Shown: positions 9,709 to 20,145 of the stretch, piece after piece | Numbering within the stretch: position 1 is the stretch's first letter | Layout of the letters: each line of letters starts with the position of its first letter | NCBI GenBank assembly: GCA_030167865.1 | Contig: JALAGF010006527.1 | Span: forward strand, 1-51,909 | Source of the DNA: Craspedostauros australis | Taxonomy: Eukaryota | DNA: 51,909 nt | Reading direction: 5' to 3' | Notes under the pieces: model-generated | Told to the model about the DNA's origin: nothing | Database searches by the model: none | The model's input: the letters and a program-made list of their open reading frames with translations, nothing else | Made by a program: the position numbers and the translations under genes

Positions 9709-10407
9709 ATGCAGGGTTCCACGCATTTGAAAACAGTGGCAGATTCCTCCGACGATCCCATCAAGACACCACGGGAGTACACATCGGACCTGGTGGTGGT
9801 CCTGGACTTGGACGAGTGTCTGATCCATACGGATTTTGCGATGAGCATGTCTTTCTACAAAAAGAACGTCGCTCGGCAGGCTGAAAAGGACAACAAGGAC
9901 GGCAAGCAAGAGGAAGAGCGTAAGCGTGCTGAAGTATTCGAAATCAGAATTCCACACGACGGAGGCTATACTGTGTATGAACGCCCATTCGTGAGAGAGT
10001 TCCTTGAGGCTATCTCACAAAATTTTGAGACCCATCTCTACACCGCAGGACCGCGATCTTATGTCACTGAGGTCCTCAAGGAGTTGGACCCTGATGGCAC
10101 CATCTTCACCAAGGCATGGACTCGCCAGTTTTGCGACGAGGGATACGGAGCGTTCCTGAAGAACTTGGGCAAGCTGAAGTTCTCCAGGGGTAATCATGAT
10201 CCCAAGCGCACCGTCTTCGTCGACAACAGCATTCATAGTTTCCGATCCAACCCGCAGAATGGCATCCTCGTCCCAGACTTCTACAGCGATCCTGACGACG
10301 GTGAGCTCCAAAAGGTGTTGGATCTGATTCGCGAGTTGGACCAGAATCATCTGGATGTGCGTCCCGTCTTGGATGAGCGCTTTGGTCTCAAGGCCAAGCT
10401 CGCATAA
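9709..10407 (+). CDS. FCP1/SCP-like (NIF) phosphatase, copy 3, 232 aa
   Basis: VVLDLDECL and the same downstream motifs; the MQGST start matches copy 1. The frame is also open upstream to 9139. Confidence 0.88.
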   Translation: MQGSTHLKTVADSSDDPIKTPREYTSDLVVVLDLDECLIHTDFAMSMSFYKKNVARQAEKDNKDGKQEEERKRAEVFEIRIPHDGGYTVYERPFVREFLEAISQNFETHLYTAGPRSYVTEVLKELDPDGTIFTKAWTRQFCDEGYGAFLKNLGKLKFSRGNHDPKRTVFVDNSIHSFRSNPQNGILVPDFYSDPDDGELQKVLDLIRELDQNHLDVRPVLDERFGLKAKLA

Positions 10408-11008
10408 ACAGTGTCATCATGCCAACAGGGCCCATCAACTGTTGACTTGGACAACTGCCACCGAGTCATTGTGACACTTCTATCGCGGAGTCTTGGTCGA
10501 CCCAAAAAGCAAGTAGATGCAGCCGCACCAACACGATACGGTCTGCATGAACTAACTAAGTACGCTCGTACTACGAATAGTCTCTCTTCTGGTGGAGCAA
10601 TCATTGGGCCGACAGATCCGCCACATCAATCTAGACTGTTCGATGCTGAGGGATGGACGAAGTGCGCACAGACATCATTCGCTGTGACCACGATGCCTGC
10701 GAGTACTCTGGCGGCGTCTGACTCCACATCCACAATTGTATGGTAGAGTGACATGGCGGCATTGCCCCTCGTGGCTCCGAACCCCGCACAATCCAAACCC
10801 CTGCGGTGCCGACATCGTAGCACAAGACATGGCAAAGCTCTGCTCCATCGAATGTTATCGCGAAACAGTGTTGATCTATGTTTCGGTTCTAAAATCCCTC
10901 CCTTGTACCCCAATTTGTTCATCGTTTGCTCGCATCCCCTGTTGCAGCAATGATCGAACATTTGGATCGCCATTCCTTGTGGCACGCTTCCCGTTGCCTC
11001 TCGCATAT

Positions 11009-12856
11009 TCATTTTTGCGATGCCGCCTCTTCGTCCTCATACAGATCTTCAATGACACGACGGATAAAATCGGCACGCGACACTGCCACGCGCATCACGA
11101 TGGAACCCACGGTCGTGACTGCTTCTCGTGGCAACGCTCGCAGCAGTTCGATGCTGTTCTCCTTCGTCATGGGATGGAAGGTGATCTTCTCCAGGACACG
11201 CTGCAGGCCGTCGTCGCCCAACGAACCGTACAGGTAGGCCGCCAACGGCGATTGTTTGATGTCGAAGGAGATCTCCGATCGACGCCCGTACGCCAAGATA
11301 CCGTAGACGATGGGATCGCAGCGATCGGATGCATCCTCGAGCAATGGGAATTGCGACGGCGGCAGCGACGCTGCTTTCGGATTGGGCGTGGCGTTGCTGG
11401 CGTTGCGGAACAAGGATTCGTACATGCTGTGCCTCATATTTCGCATCATGCTGGTCGTGCTGCCACTGCCGCGCCCGATGTTGCCACCAATACCATCCTC
11501 ATGCTCCGTCGACGCATTGTGCCGCGACGGCAGATCGCCCATGAAGAGGGAGATGGGTGCGTCTCCGCCGGTCAATTCTGCAAAGGCGGACAGCACGCTG
11601 ATCGCCAACAACTTGGCGCCCACGTAGATCTTCCCGATCCTGAGGTTGGTGCGACATTCCCGCAGTCGCAGTTCCAGCTCCTGCGTGGGCGGCACGCCTT
11701 GGAACGATGCGAAGACGACTTCCGGTTGGATGAAACCGAAGAAGCCGTTCATCTTGAAGATGGCGTTCTGAAATTGATGGACCGTGTAAATGTACTGGTT
11801 GCGCAACGACATGTTGGTTTCAGGCAGCAGGCTCCACGTGTTGTCGAGGAACCAATGGCGATCCGCCGTGCCGAAGTTGCCGACGTCCTCGTTGGAGAGC
11901 AGCACTGCGCGTTGCACGGCTCCGACGCATTGCTCGTCGGATAGATCCAGTTGGAACTTGGAACGCGCCGCGAGGAAATTGGCATGCAAGTTGTCCAACG
12001 GCGTCTTGCCATCCTGGGGCTTGCGGAATGGAATCGTGGCCTCGATGCAGCACGCGATCTGGGCCAGAATTTCCCAGCTGAGATGGTCCTGCAATTTGCG
12101 CACGGCGATGATGGCGCTGAGGAATTCGTTGAGACCGAGCTGCGTCGTGACTTCCTGGCCGGGGTGGTGGAAGCCGAAGATGGTCTCGACCAATGCCAAG
12201 GCTCGAGCGCCGTCGTCGTCGATGGTGCGTTCCTGGATGATGACGCCCTTCTTGCCGTTGGGCTGCAACGTGAAGACGCCCTGCAGGATGTCGGCCTGGA
12301 TCGGCGTGAGCGCACCATCGACGTGATAGTAGATGCAATCGTGAAAGAATGCCGACAGCACCGCGATGGGATCGTGGGTGAGGTTCTTGGAGATGTCGAA
12401 GACATGCTGCACGGAGTGGTAGTTGCGGCTGGAGCTGGACATGCTCTCGTGGATGAGGATGGCCATGGACTCGAGCTTGGGCCACGTGACGTCCGCGGCA
12501 TCCAAGTCCTCCAGGCAGGTCTTCATCTGCAGCATGAGACGCGACAGGTAGGTGCGGGGATAGAGCGATGCATCCTCCTTGTGTCGATGGTGGCTGTCCT
12601 GATCGGAAAGCGCAGCCGTGGAAGCGGCCGTGCTCGCGGCTGAGCCGTTGCTGATGAAGCTGCTTCGCTTGCCGCCGGCGTTTGCTTCGCTGGTGCCGGC
12701 CTTCGCTGCGTTGCCGTCATTGGTGTCGGCTGCGTCCGCTCCATGCGTCCCGAACATCTTCATCTTGTGAATGAAGACGGTGAGCGCGCTTGTCCGGCGG
12801 CTCTGACGTCGAGTGCCGAAGTCATCGACGGCGTCAATGTGGTCCCCGTTGATCAT
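11009..12856 (-). CDS. Conserved hypothetical protein, HD-superfamily metal-dependent hydrolase-like
   Basis: Single ~615-aa ORF with RNYHSVQH...FFHDCIYY...CIEATIPF...NEDVGNF...FLDNTWSLLPETN, giving H...HD...D metal-ligand spacing. First ATG at 12856; the track start is TTG. Confidence 0.75.
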   Translation of the reverse strand: MINGDHIDAVDDFGTRRQSRRTSALTVFIHKMKMFGTHGADAADTNDGNAAKAGTSEANAGGKRSSFISNGSAASTAASTAALSDQDSHHRHKEDASLYPRTYLSRLMLQMKTCLEDLDAADVTWPKLESMAILIHESMSSSSRNYHSVQHVFDISKNLTHDPIAVLSAFFHDCIYYHVDGALTPIQADILQGVFTLQPNGKKGVIIQERTIDDDGARALALVETIFGFHHPGQEVTTQLGLNEFLSAIIAVRKLQDHLSWEILAQIACCIEATIPFRKPQDGKTPLDNLHANFLAARSKFQLDLSDEQCVGAVQRAVLLSNEDVGNFGTADRHWFLDNTWSLLPETNMSLRNQYIYTVHQFQNAIFKMNGFFGFIQPEVVFASFQGVPPTQELELRLRECRTNLRIGKIYVGAKLLAISVLSAFAELTGGDAPISLFMGDLPSRHNASTEHEDGIGGNIGRGSGSTTSMMRNMRHSMYESLFRNASNATPNPKAASLPPSQFPLLEDASDRCDPIVYGILAYGRRSEISFDIKQSPLAAYLYGSLGDDGLQRVLEKITFHPMTKENSIELLRALPREAVTTVGSIVMRVAVSRADFIRRVIEDLYEDEEAASQK

Positions 12857-12985
12857 GATGGCCAAATGCGTTTGTCCTTTTGCGCCTGTGCTTGCTGTGA
12901 TGTTGAATAGAGTATGTATTGTATGTTGCTTGTTGAGTACGTGTCTGGTGCCACTGCTCTCTGTTGTTGCAATTGATCTTGTAAC

Positions 12986-13021
12986 AGTGTGAGTGTGAGT
13001 GTGAGTGTGAGTGTGAGTGTG
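12986..13021 (+). repeat. (AGTGTG)n microsatellite; (GATTGT)n nearby at ~13081-13102
   Basis: Directly visible hexamer tandem repeats upstream of the HD-domain gene. Confidence 0.9.
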
Positions 13022-14505
13022 GGAATGTGGAGTATGACTTGCGCAGATTGTTGGCGAAGTTGAAATGCGTCTTGTGTGGGGATTGTGATTGTGATTGTGA
13101 TTCTATTTGTGATTCTGTTTCGAAGCAGGATGACCTCTGTGGTGCGGTAGCTGGTGACGTGAAGTTTTGCAGAGGAACGTGGAACGGTGGCGAGTGACGC
13201 TGTCAACGTGTCGAAGTTGTTGTTGCCGGTACTGGCATTGCATGCAAATCGCCGCGGCAGCCCCAACAACATTTCTTTCGCTGTGCGTGTGTGTCGAGGT
13301 TACGTTTTGGCCTGGTTCAGCACCGTTTTCTCTCTCTCTGTTGCGTCCATGGTCATTTGTTTTGGCGCGCTTGGTTGCGAGTAGTGCGAACCTTTCGTCA
13401 TTCACGCAAGTGCACAGTACCTGGTTTGGTGACTGGCCTCGAATGAGCGAACACGCCAAACAATGTAACACTCGCACCAGATACATGTGTCATAGAGTAC
13501 ATACGAGCTGCTGAACAAAGATAGACATACACCGGTCAGCAAGAGCTGACCAGAGTGGACTCGAGAGTAGAATATGTCTAGTCTACGTCTTCCCGTTCTT
13601 CTTGCGGTTGGAATAGATAATAGCGTAATACCTATCTTCCGATACCGGGTTGGAGCTAATGACGCCAAACATGCTGTGAACCTCTCCACTTCTCGACATG
13701 GTGCTTTCACTTGTGTTCTCCCGATCCCATATCCCGTATCCTTGATGTCACTCCCCCACTTTGCCATAGTGACACTGGTATAATAGATCGTAAGTGTCTC
13801 AGCTCCGCCGTTTCGCTGTTATCGGGAATGGGGCTGCAATCTATTCTACGATGCTCGTGTTCGCAGTTCGATCCCTTTTCTTCGACGCATGAGCACCCGA
13901 ACCAGCAGTCTCTCTCCTCATTAAGAGTGTAGAGCAGACCAGAGCCAAGTACTCTGCTCTGTACACAATCCGGCAGCCTTGGTGGCGCGAGTGCGATGAC
14001 TGCATTCTGTTGGTTGTGCCAGTCTACACACGAAGCTAGAGGAAACACTCGTGTCTTTGTTGTGGCGCTTGATGCTCTAGGCCCTTCGCGATTGTTTCCA
14101 TTTCGAAACGTGTTTCGACGTGCACGTCAGTGCACCGCAACGAGCCAGGCACGGAGCAATTGAGTACCGCATGTTTGTGATCCCCTTTTCGTGAAATCTC
14201 CCCTTTTCGATTCGCATGATCCAATCCTTCGTTGAAATCGTTCTCCACCGATCACTTCGACCAACACATCCTCCTCCACCCAATTCCCAAAACCACTTCC
14301 GCAGCCGTGTTCTTCTTTCAAAACTCACCTCCATCCACGATGACGACAGCGGTAGCCGCAACAACAATGATGGCCGTGACAGCAACGACAATGATAACGA
14401 TAACACCTTCAACAGAGATCAGGTCAGAGTCCCACGAGTAGTACGCTCGCCACAACACATCCTCACGGGGACCTTCGCAAGTTGACCTGCAGCAAGCTGG
14501 ACGCC

Positions 14506-17500
14506 ATGACGTTCGATCTGAACATCGTTGCGGTGAAGCCCACGGCAGCGCAGACAAAGAAGGTGCCGATCAAGAAGAAGAAGAACAGCAAGTACGAACG
14601 GCGTCGCGCGAAGTCCAAGAAGTCCAAGAAGGCCAAGCAGGAACGTGATCGTGATCAACGCAGCAGGGGCAACAACGAGGAGGTCGGCCGAAGAAAGGAA
14701 TCGACCAAGCCACACGATGCGGCGATCACAAGAGATGAGGCCGCCCAAGAGGAGAGATCCGGTGTGGAGAATGCCAAGGCCGAAGATGTGGCCGAAGACG
14801 TTGTCTCTGAAACCAAACAACCCACTGAGACTGGTGGCAACAGTGTCCAAGCACAGCCATCATCGTTATCGTCGTCGTCGGGTACAGCAGACACACGAGC
14901 AAACACGGCCTCGGATGACCTGCCCATGCGACCTGCCGACGATGATTTCGACCTGGGCGCGCTCTTGGCATCGCAGCGTGACAATGAGATGAAGATTGAC
15001 GAATACAACGCGCAAAAGGCTGCAAGCAACAGCAACAACACCAGTGACGGCGCTACACGTATCACCACCGATGCTTCGCAAGTCATCGGTGACGCTGCGA
15101 TTGATGAGACCGCTGTTGTGAGCGACGGTGATGAGGAAAACGCCAACCACGCCTCTCCCTCCATTTCTACCAACAACGCAACATCAGTCGATGCGGAGCA
15201 GGATGCCACAGGCAACATCGAGGAGGACGAGAAGCATGCCGAATACATGGCCGAATTCCATGCACGCCCCTTGGAATTGGATCGCAGAGCCGGTGCACGT
15301 GCATCCGATGCGCAGGCCAGGTCGTACAACTCCAGTCATCTGTTCCAGAACGCCACGGAATGGTCGCACCTCGGTCTGCACAGCCGCCTCATCCAGACCT
15401 TGGAGTCGCAGCAGTTCCAACTCGAGCGCCCCACCAAGATCCAGATCCGGGCGATTCAGGAAATGACGTCCAAGAACAGCACCCGCAAGCAGGCCAACTT
15501 CTTGATCCATTCCGAAACGGGCTCCGGAAAGACGCTGGCGTACGCGTTGCCCATTCTGCAGATGCTCTCGCTGGCCACCGAGAAGCACAAATCGAACCGC
15601 AAGATGATCGGCACGCGATGTCTCATCCTGTGCCCCACACGCGAACTCGCATCGCAAACCAACCAGGTCCTGGAGATGGTGTGTCGCAAATCCTTCGGTT
15701 GGTTGGTCGTCGGCTGCCTGTCCGGTGGCGACACGCGCAAATCGGAAAAGGCGCGAATCCGCAAGGGCCTTGGCGTCATCGTCGCGACGCCGGGTCGGTT
15801 GCTGGACCATCTCAGCAAGACGGAGTCGTTGCTGCTTGGATTGAAGGGCAAGCTGCAGTGGCTGGTGCTGGACGAGGCGGATCGTTTGCTCGACATGGGC
15901 CTCGGTGATCAGGTGCGACAAATTGTGCAGAGGATACGCGCGAATCAAGGTCGCACCGATCAGCATCTGCGATCGGCCTTGGTCTCCGCCACGGTCACGG
16001 AATCCGTCCAAGCATTGGCGCAGGAGCGCATGCTGGGTGGTGACAAGGCATGGGTGTGGATCAAGGGTGGCAAGCATGCTGCAGCGGTGGGCCATGGCAA
16101 GAACGTGGCCGACAGCCAAGCCAACATGGAGAATGCCAAATCGGCCAGAGGAAATCAGGAGGGGGGCTCGAACGTTCAACAGCATCAACAATCATCCGAC
16201 ACCGTGTCCGAATCGCTACCGCGGCAACTGGCGCAGCTGCATCTGACGGTCAGCGCGAAGCTCCGGCTGGGTGCGTTGGTGGCTTTTCTCGTGCAACGCG
16301 TAGCGAACAAAGAACGCGTCGTCGTCTTCATGGACACCTGCGCCAGCGTCGACTATCACCACAAGCTCTTCGCCTCCATGGACTGCATCATGAGCAACGC
16401 GGAGGAAGACTCCGATCTCAACGACGACAAGCAAGCCGGTGTCTTCGGCTCCAAATCCACCATCTTTCGATTGCACGGCAGCGTTCAGCACTCGCAACGC
16501 CAGCAGGTGCTCAGCCGATTCGGCAAGACCAAGTCCGCCATCCTGCTGGCGACCGACGTCGCGGCACGAGGGTTGAACCTGAAGGACGTCGATTGGACGG
16601 TCCAGTACGACCCGCCATGCGAGATCGCCGACTACGTCCACCGATCTGGCCGCGTCGCTCGTGCGGGACGTGCGGGACATTCCCTCCTATTCCTGTTGCC
16701 GTCGGAACGCGGATTCCTCGACGCTCTCAAGCAACGGGGCATCTCAACGATGACTGCCTTGTCGCTGACGAATCTGCTCAACCAGGCCGCCAAGCAGTGC
16801 GGCGACTTGGCGGCCATCGGCAATGAGAACAGTGGCTGGTCATCCGGTGAGAAGCACAAGGATGCATCGGCTGTTGCATCAGCCACATCGGGGTCTAGCA
16901 TCGCCTCCAAAATGTCATCATCGACCGCCTCGTCATCACACGACAAGAAGAGGTCAAGCGGAAGCCGATCCGGCGAAGCATTCTGCGGTGAGTTGCAACG
17001 GCGGCTGGAGGATTGCGTCGCGCAGGACGATGCCCGCGTCAAGGCTGCGTACAGAGAGACCCCGAAGCGCAAGCGCACCGAGAACATGAAACGCGAAGGT
17101 TTGCTGGTGGAGATGGCCCGGGATGCCTACATTTCGCACATCCGTGCGTACCCCACCAAGGAGAAGGCCATCCGCCACATCTTTTCGGCCCGTGCGTTGC
17201 ATCTGGGGCACGTGGCTCGATCGTTCGCGCTGAAGGAACCACCCAAGTCGCTGGCCAGCCGGCAGAAGCAACGAGGAGGGGGCGGTAAAGACGGTGACGC
17301 CCATGCGTCATCGAAGCTCCAATTCCGCGAGGATGGTGACGATGATGGCGACGACGATGTGCCGACGAAGAGGAGATCGAGCAACAAGAAGCAGAAGAAG
17401 TCCGCGTCGACAAAGCAGCAACCGAAGAGAGAGGGCGGCAGCAGAAATCGGGACAGCAGCAAGCTCCAATCCGCGAAGCAGCTGCTTCTGGCGAATGCGG

Positions 17501-17535
17501 TCAAGCTCCAAAACAGTGCCATGGACATGCTCTAG
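14506..17535 (+). CDS. DBP7: DEAD-box RNA helicase DBP7/DDX31 (60S biogenesis); possible extra 5' exon 14340-14422
   Basis: Q motif PTKIQ, SETGSGKT, PTREL, GG..RKSEKARIRKG, TPGRLLDHL, LDEAD, SAT, TDVAARGL, HRSGRVAR, and C-terminal RAYPT...LHLGHVARSFALKEPP typical of Dbp7. Confidence 0.92.
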   Translation: MTFDLNIVAVKPTAAQTKKVPIKKKKNSKYERRRAKSKKSKKAKQERDRDQRSRGNNEEVGRRKESTKPHDAAITRDEAAQEERSGVENAKAEDVAEDVVSETKQPTETGGNSVQAQPSSLSSSSGTADTRANTASDDLPMRPADDDFDLGALLASQRDNEMKIDEYNAQKAASNSNNTSDGATRITTDASQVIGDAAIDETAVVSDGDEENANHASPSISTNNATSVDAEQDATGNIEEDEKHAEYMAEFHARPLELDRRAGARASDAQARSYNSSHLFQNATEWSHLGLHSRLIQTLESQQFQLERPTKIQIRAIQEMTSKNSTRKQANFLIHSETGSGKTLAYALPILQMLSLATEKHKSNRKMIGTRCLILCPTRELASQTNQVLEMVCRKSFGWLVVGCLSGGDTRKSEKARIRKGLGVIVATPGRLLDHLSKTESLLLGLKGKLQWLVLDEADRLLDMGLGDQVRQIVQRIRANQGRTDQHLRSALVSATVTESVQALAQERMLGGDKAWVWIKGGKHAAAVGHGKNVADSQANMENAKSARGNQEGGSNVQQHQQSSDTVSESLPRQLAQLHLTVSAKLRLGALVAFLVQRVANKERVVVFMDTCASVDYHHKLFASMDCIMSNAEEDSDLNDDKQAGVFGSKSTIFRLHGSVQHSQRQQVLSRFGKTKSAILLATDVAARGLNLKDVDWTVQYDPPCEIADYVHRSGRVARAGRAGHSLLFLLPSERGFLDALKQRGISTMTALSLTNLLNQAAKQCGDLAAIGNENSGWSSGEKHKDASAVASATSGSSIASKMSSSTASSSHDKKRSSGSRSGEAFCGELQRRLEDCVAQDDARVKAAYRETPKRKRTENMKREGLLVEMARDAYISHIRAYPTKEKAIRHIFSARALHLGHVARSFALKEPPKSLASRQKQRGGGGKDGDAHASSKLQFREDGDDDGDDDVPTKRRSSNKKQKKSASTKQQPKREGGSRNRDSSKLQSAKQLLLANAVKLQNSAMDML

Positions 17536-17907
17536 ACTATGAGCACAAGCGGAGTACTTACTCGTAGCATCAGTCTTGGGTTTTCTGTTATGTATTATAT
17601 TAAATGCTAACAGACTACGAGTGCGAGAGAGAGAGAAAGCAGTGTGTTCCCCCAACCCGCTATCCTCCCCAGATTTGACATACGCGTGCTTCTCACCTTT
17701 CACTAATCGCATTAATCGAAGATACTGGTCGGAGATTGCCTTCGGACAACACGCAACAAAAGATCAAGAGCTTCAACCAGTGCACGCCACAACAGAACAA
17801 TAGCCGCACGTCTGCAGCAGTTGCTCCTACGACTTGTGCACTTCGACAACACCACTCGCCCAACTTGGACTCAACTCAACTCAACAAAGTCCAACAATCC
17901 AACAACC

Positions 17908-20145
17908 ATGTTCCGCAAGGAGGGATCCAGCCATGGCAGCAAAGGCGGCAAGCCCAGCAAAAAGAAGCGGGCGGACGTGCCGCTGGGCAAGAAGGACAAG
18001 AAGCAGCTGCGCAACCGCGTGCAGGCCTACTTCGACAATGTCCTGCAGCTTCATGGCGAGGCCGACAAGGACGCCCTGCGCAGCATCCTCGATGCCTGCA
18101 TCCTGCAACCCACCAACTTATTGGCGCGCTGCATCCTGCTGGACCGCAAGGCCTGCAAGATGATGCTCTATCTGCGCGCGCCCAGCGACGATGCCTCCTG
18201 GCCCTACCAACGCACGTCCCAGTTCGTGTGGATGGCCATGGAAGAGAAGTCCAAGCTGCTGCAGGAGACGCCCACCGTGGCTCTGTGGTCGGTCGTCCTT
18301 GCCAGCCTGTCGTCGGTCGTGCCCATTGCGAACTACGCCGTCACGGTGCCGCGTCCCGTCTCCCAGTTCGTCTGTTCCGGCGCCGATTTGATGAAAGCGG
18401 GCATGCGATCTGTGCCGCAGGCAGCCAGCGCGGTGAGAGGGACTCTCGCCATGCCAACCATGCCAACCATCGTTCCCATCTGCGTGCAGAACAATCCCAT
18501 TCCATTCGCCGTCGGCGAACTGCAGAATGTGCAGGAATTCGGACCCGAAACGAAGGGCATCGGCGTGAAGATATGGCATGCCTACGGCGATGACCTTTGG
18601 CAGCAGCATCAATCGGCGGCGGCGACTGGGATGCCCGTCACAGGGATGGTGTCGAAGGAGACCGGCGTCATCAATCCATTAGGTGGCGGTCACTTTGATG
18701 ATGGCAACTACGGAAACGTTGGCTTCGTGGATGGCAAGATGGTATATCCCTTGCAGCGGCAGGAAGGCGACGGCGATGCAGAGGACGACGAGGCAAATCA
18801 GGAGAAATCAGAATCTGGTGTTCAAGATCAAGGGCAATCGGATCCATCCACCAAGGTCTGGGATGATGTCAAAGATGGTGCTGACAGCGCGGTATCTGCA
18901 ACTGATGAACCATCAACGCAAGCGCCACTACCACCACCAACAACAACACAAACTGAATCAAAGGCAAATACGGAGACAGCAGAAGACGGAGCAAAAACAA
19001 CAGAAACAGCAACAGCAGAAACTGACGCAGAGGAAGAACAAGATGAAGCACCAGCTGCGACACCGGAAGAAGTTCTGCACGCGGCAGTCTGCCAAGCGCT
19101 CGTGGCACTCAAGACGAGCGACCTCCCCATGAACGTCTCCACATTCTACTCGCGGCACGTCCTGCCCAACCGACCCGAAGGCACCACGATCCAGCTCAAG
19201 GCAACCAAGTACAAAAAGTTTGGAACCTACCTCAAGGAGCAGGTCGCCCGTGGACTGCTCAAGGTCGGACCGGACAAGGGCACGAAGGATCCCATGGGCA
19301 TGCTCCTCAGCGTGGAACGACAGCACCTGGATCTGCGCGGATTTTCCAAACGTGACGCGGTCGAATCAAAGTCCGCTGCATCCAACAACGACAAGAAGAT
19401 GCTCGTGCTCAATCTCTTCGTCGTGCCGAAGCGCTGGACGGCGCTGTTGCGCTTGGATGCCAATGACGTGCGTGCCGTCAACGCCACATGCGAGGAGCGC
19501 GAAGGCACGGGCATGCTGACGACATCCGAGGCCCGCAACGTGCTGGAGGCCTACATCGCGCGCGAGGGATTGGTCGATCCCATCCAGCCCGAACGGATTA
19601 TTCTCGATGGACCCCTCACGGACGTTTTGTTCAAACTCAACAAGACACAACGTCAAACCGGGCGGCATCCCTACCCCGAAACGATCTTGCGCAAAGACGC
19701 CGCCAAACTGTGGACCAGCGGATGCGGCAAGGCCTACGCGCTCGTCGCGATGCCAGACTCCAAGATCCTGCATCTCGCCAAGGGCACGCCGCCCAAGGTC
19801 GAGGTCAAATTAAAAAAGCGTCATTCGCGAAAGTTGGTGACGTACGTGCGCGGATTGGAGGAGTATCACATCGATGCGCACTTGTTTTCGAAGGACGTCG
19901 CGAAGCGGTTCGCGTGTTCGGCATTTGTCGCGACGGAGGCGGAACTCGCACGGTGCCCAGCGCTGAAGAAGGGTTGCGTCGAATTGCTGTTTCAGGGCAA
20001 TTTGGTGAAACAGCTGACGGCCTTGTTGACGGGGGACGAGAAAGCATCGAGCCACGGCGCCGTCAAGGATTCGCCGTACAATCTGCCCAAGGGTGTCATC
20101 GAGAGCTGTTGGCGCAAGGGGACGCGGAGGAAGAGGAAGAAGTGA
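17908..20145 (+). CDS. EIF2D: Eukaryotic translation initiation factor 2D (ligatin)
   Basis: MFRK start, K.K+QLR, PTVALW, PUA-like SGADLMKAG...GDDLW, IQLKATKYKKF, SWIB-like LEAYI..EGL...IILDGPL, SUI1-like KLVTYVRGLE...KRFACS...FQGN. Confidence 0.88.
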   Translation: MFRKEGSSHGSKGGKPSKKKRADVPLGKKDKKQLRNRVQAYFDNVLQLHGEADKDALRSILDACILQPTNLLARCILLDRKACKMMLYLRAPSDDASWPYQRTSQFVWMAMEEKSKLLQETPTVALWSVVLASLSSVVPIANYAVTVPRPVSQFVCSGADLMKAGMRSVPQAASAVRGTLAMPTMPTIVPICVQNNPIPFAVGELQNVQEFGPETKGIGVKIWHAYGDDLWQQHQSAAATGMPVTGMVSKETGVINPLGGGHFDDGNYGNVGFVDGKMVYPLQRQEGDGDAEDDEANQEKSESGVQDQGQSDPSTKVWDDVKDGADSAVSATDEPSTQAPLPPPTTTQTESKANTETAEDGAKTTETATAETDAEEEQDEAPAATPEEVLHAAVCQALVALKTSDLPMNVSTFYSRHVLPNRPEGTTIQLKATKYKKFGTYLKEQVARGLLKVGPDKGTKDPMGMLLSVERQHLDLRGFSKRDAVESKSAASNNDKKMLVLNLFVVPKRWTALLRLDANDVRAVNATCEEREGTGMLTTSEARNVLEAYIAREGLVDPIQPERIILDGPLTDVLFKLNKTQRQTGRHPYPETILRKDAAKLWTSGCGKAYALVAMPDSKILHLAKGTPPKVEVKLKKRHSRKLVTYVRGLEEYHIDAHLFSKDVAKRFACSAFVATEAELARCPALKKGCVELLFQGNLVKQLTALLTGDEKASSHGAVKDSPYNLPKGVIESCWRKGTRRKRKK

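Larger units (their letters stand above)
5491..10754 (+). repeat. Tandem triplication of a 1.6-1.9 kb unit (approx. 5491-7068, 7069-8866, 8867-10754), each carrying one phosphatase gene
   Basis: The ACGTGCTGCA(A/C)CCAACACCCACAACTGAC unit start recurs at 5491, 7069 and 8867; 5' and 3' flanks are highly similar; similarity ends at TGGTAGAGTGACAT (~10754). Confidence 0.95.

Noticed and set aside
5491..10754. Repeats as a CRISPR array or as LTRs
   Set aside because: Units are 1.6-1.9 kb gene-containing duplications with no short repeat-spacer structure and no TG...CA/PBS features.
14506..20145. DBP7 next to eIF2D as a translation gene cluster
   Set aside because: Two adjacent housekeeping genes in a compact genome are not evidence of functional clustering.
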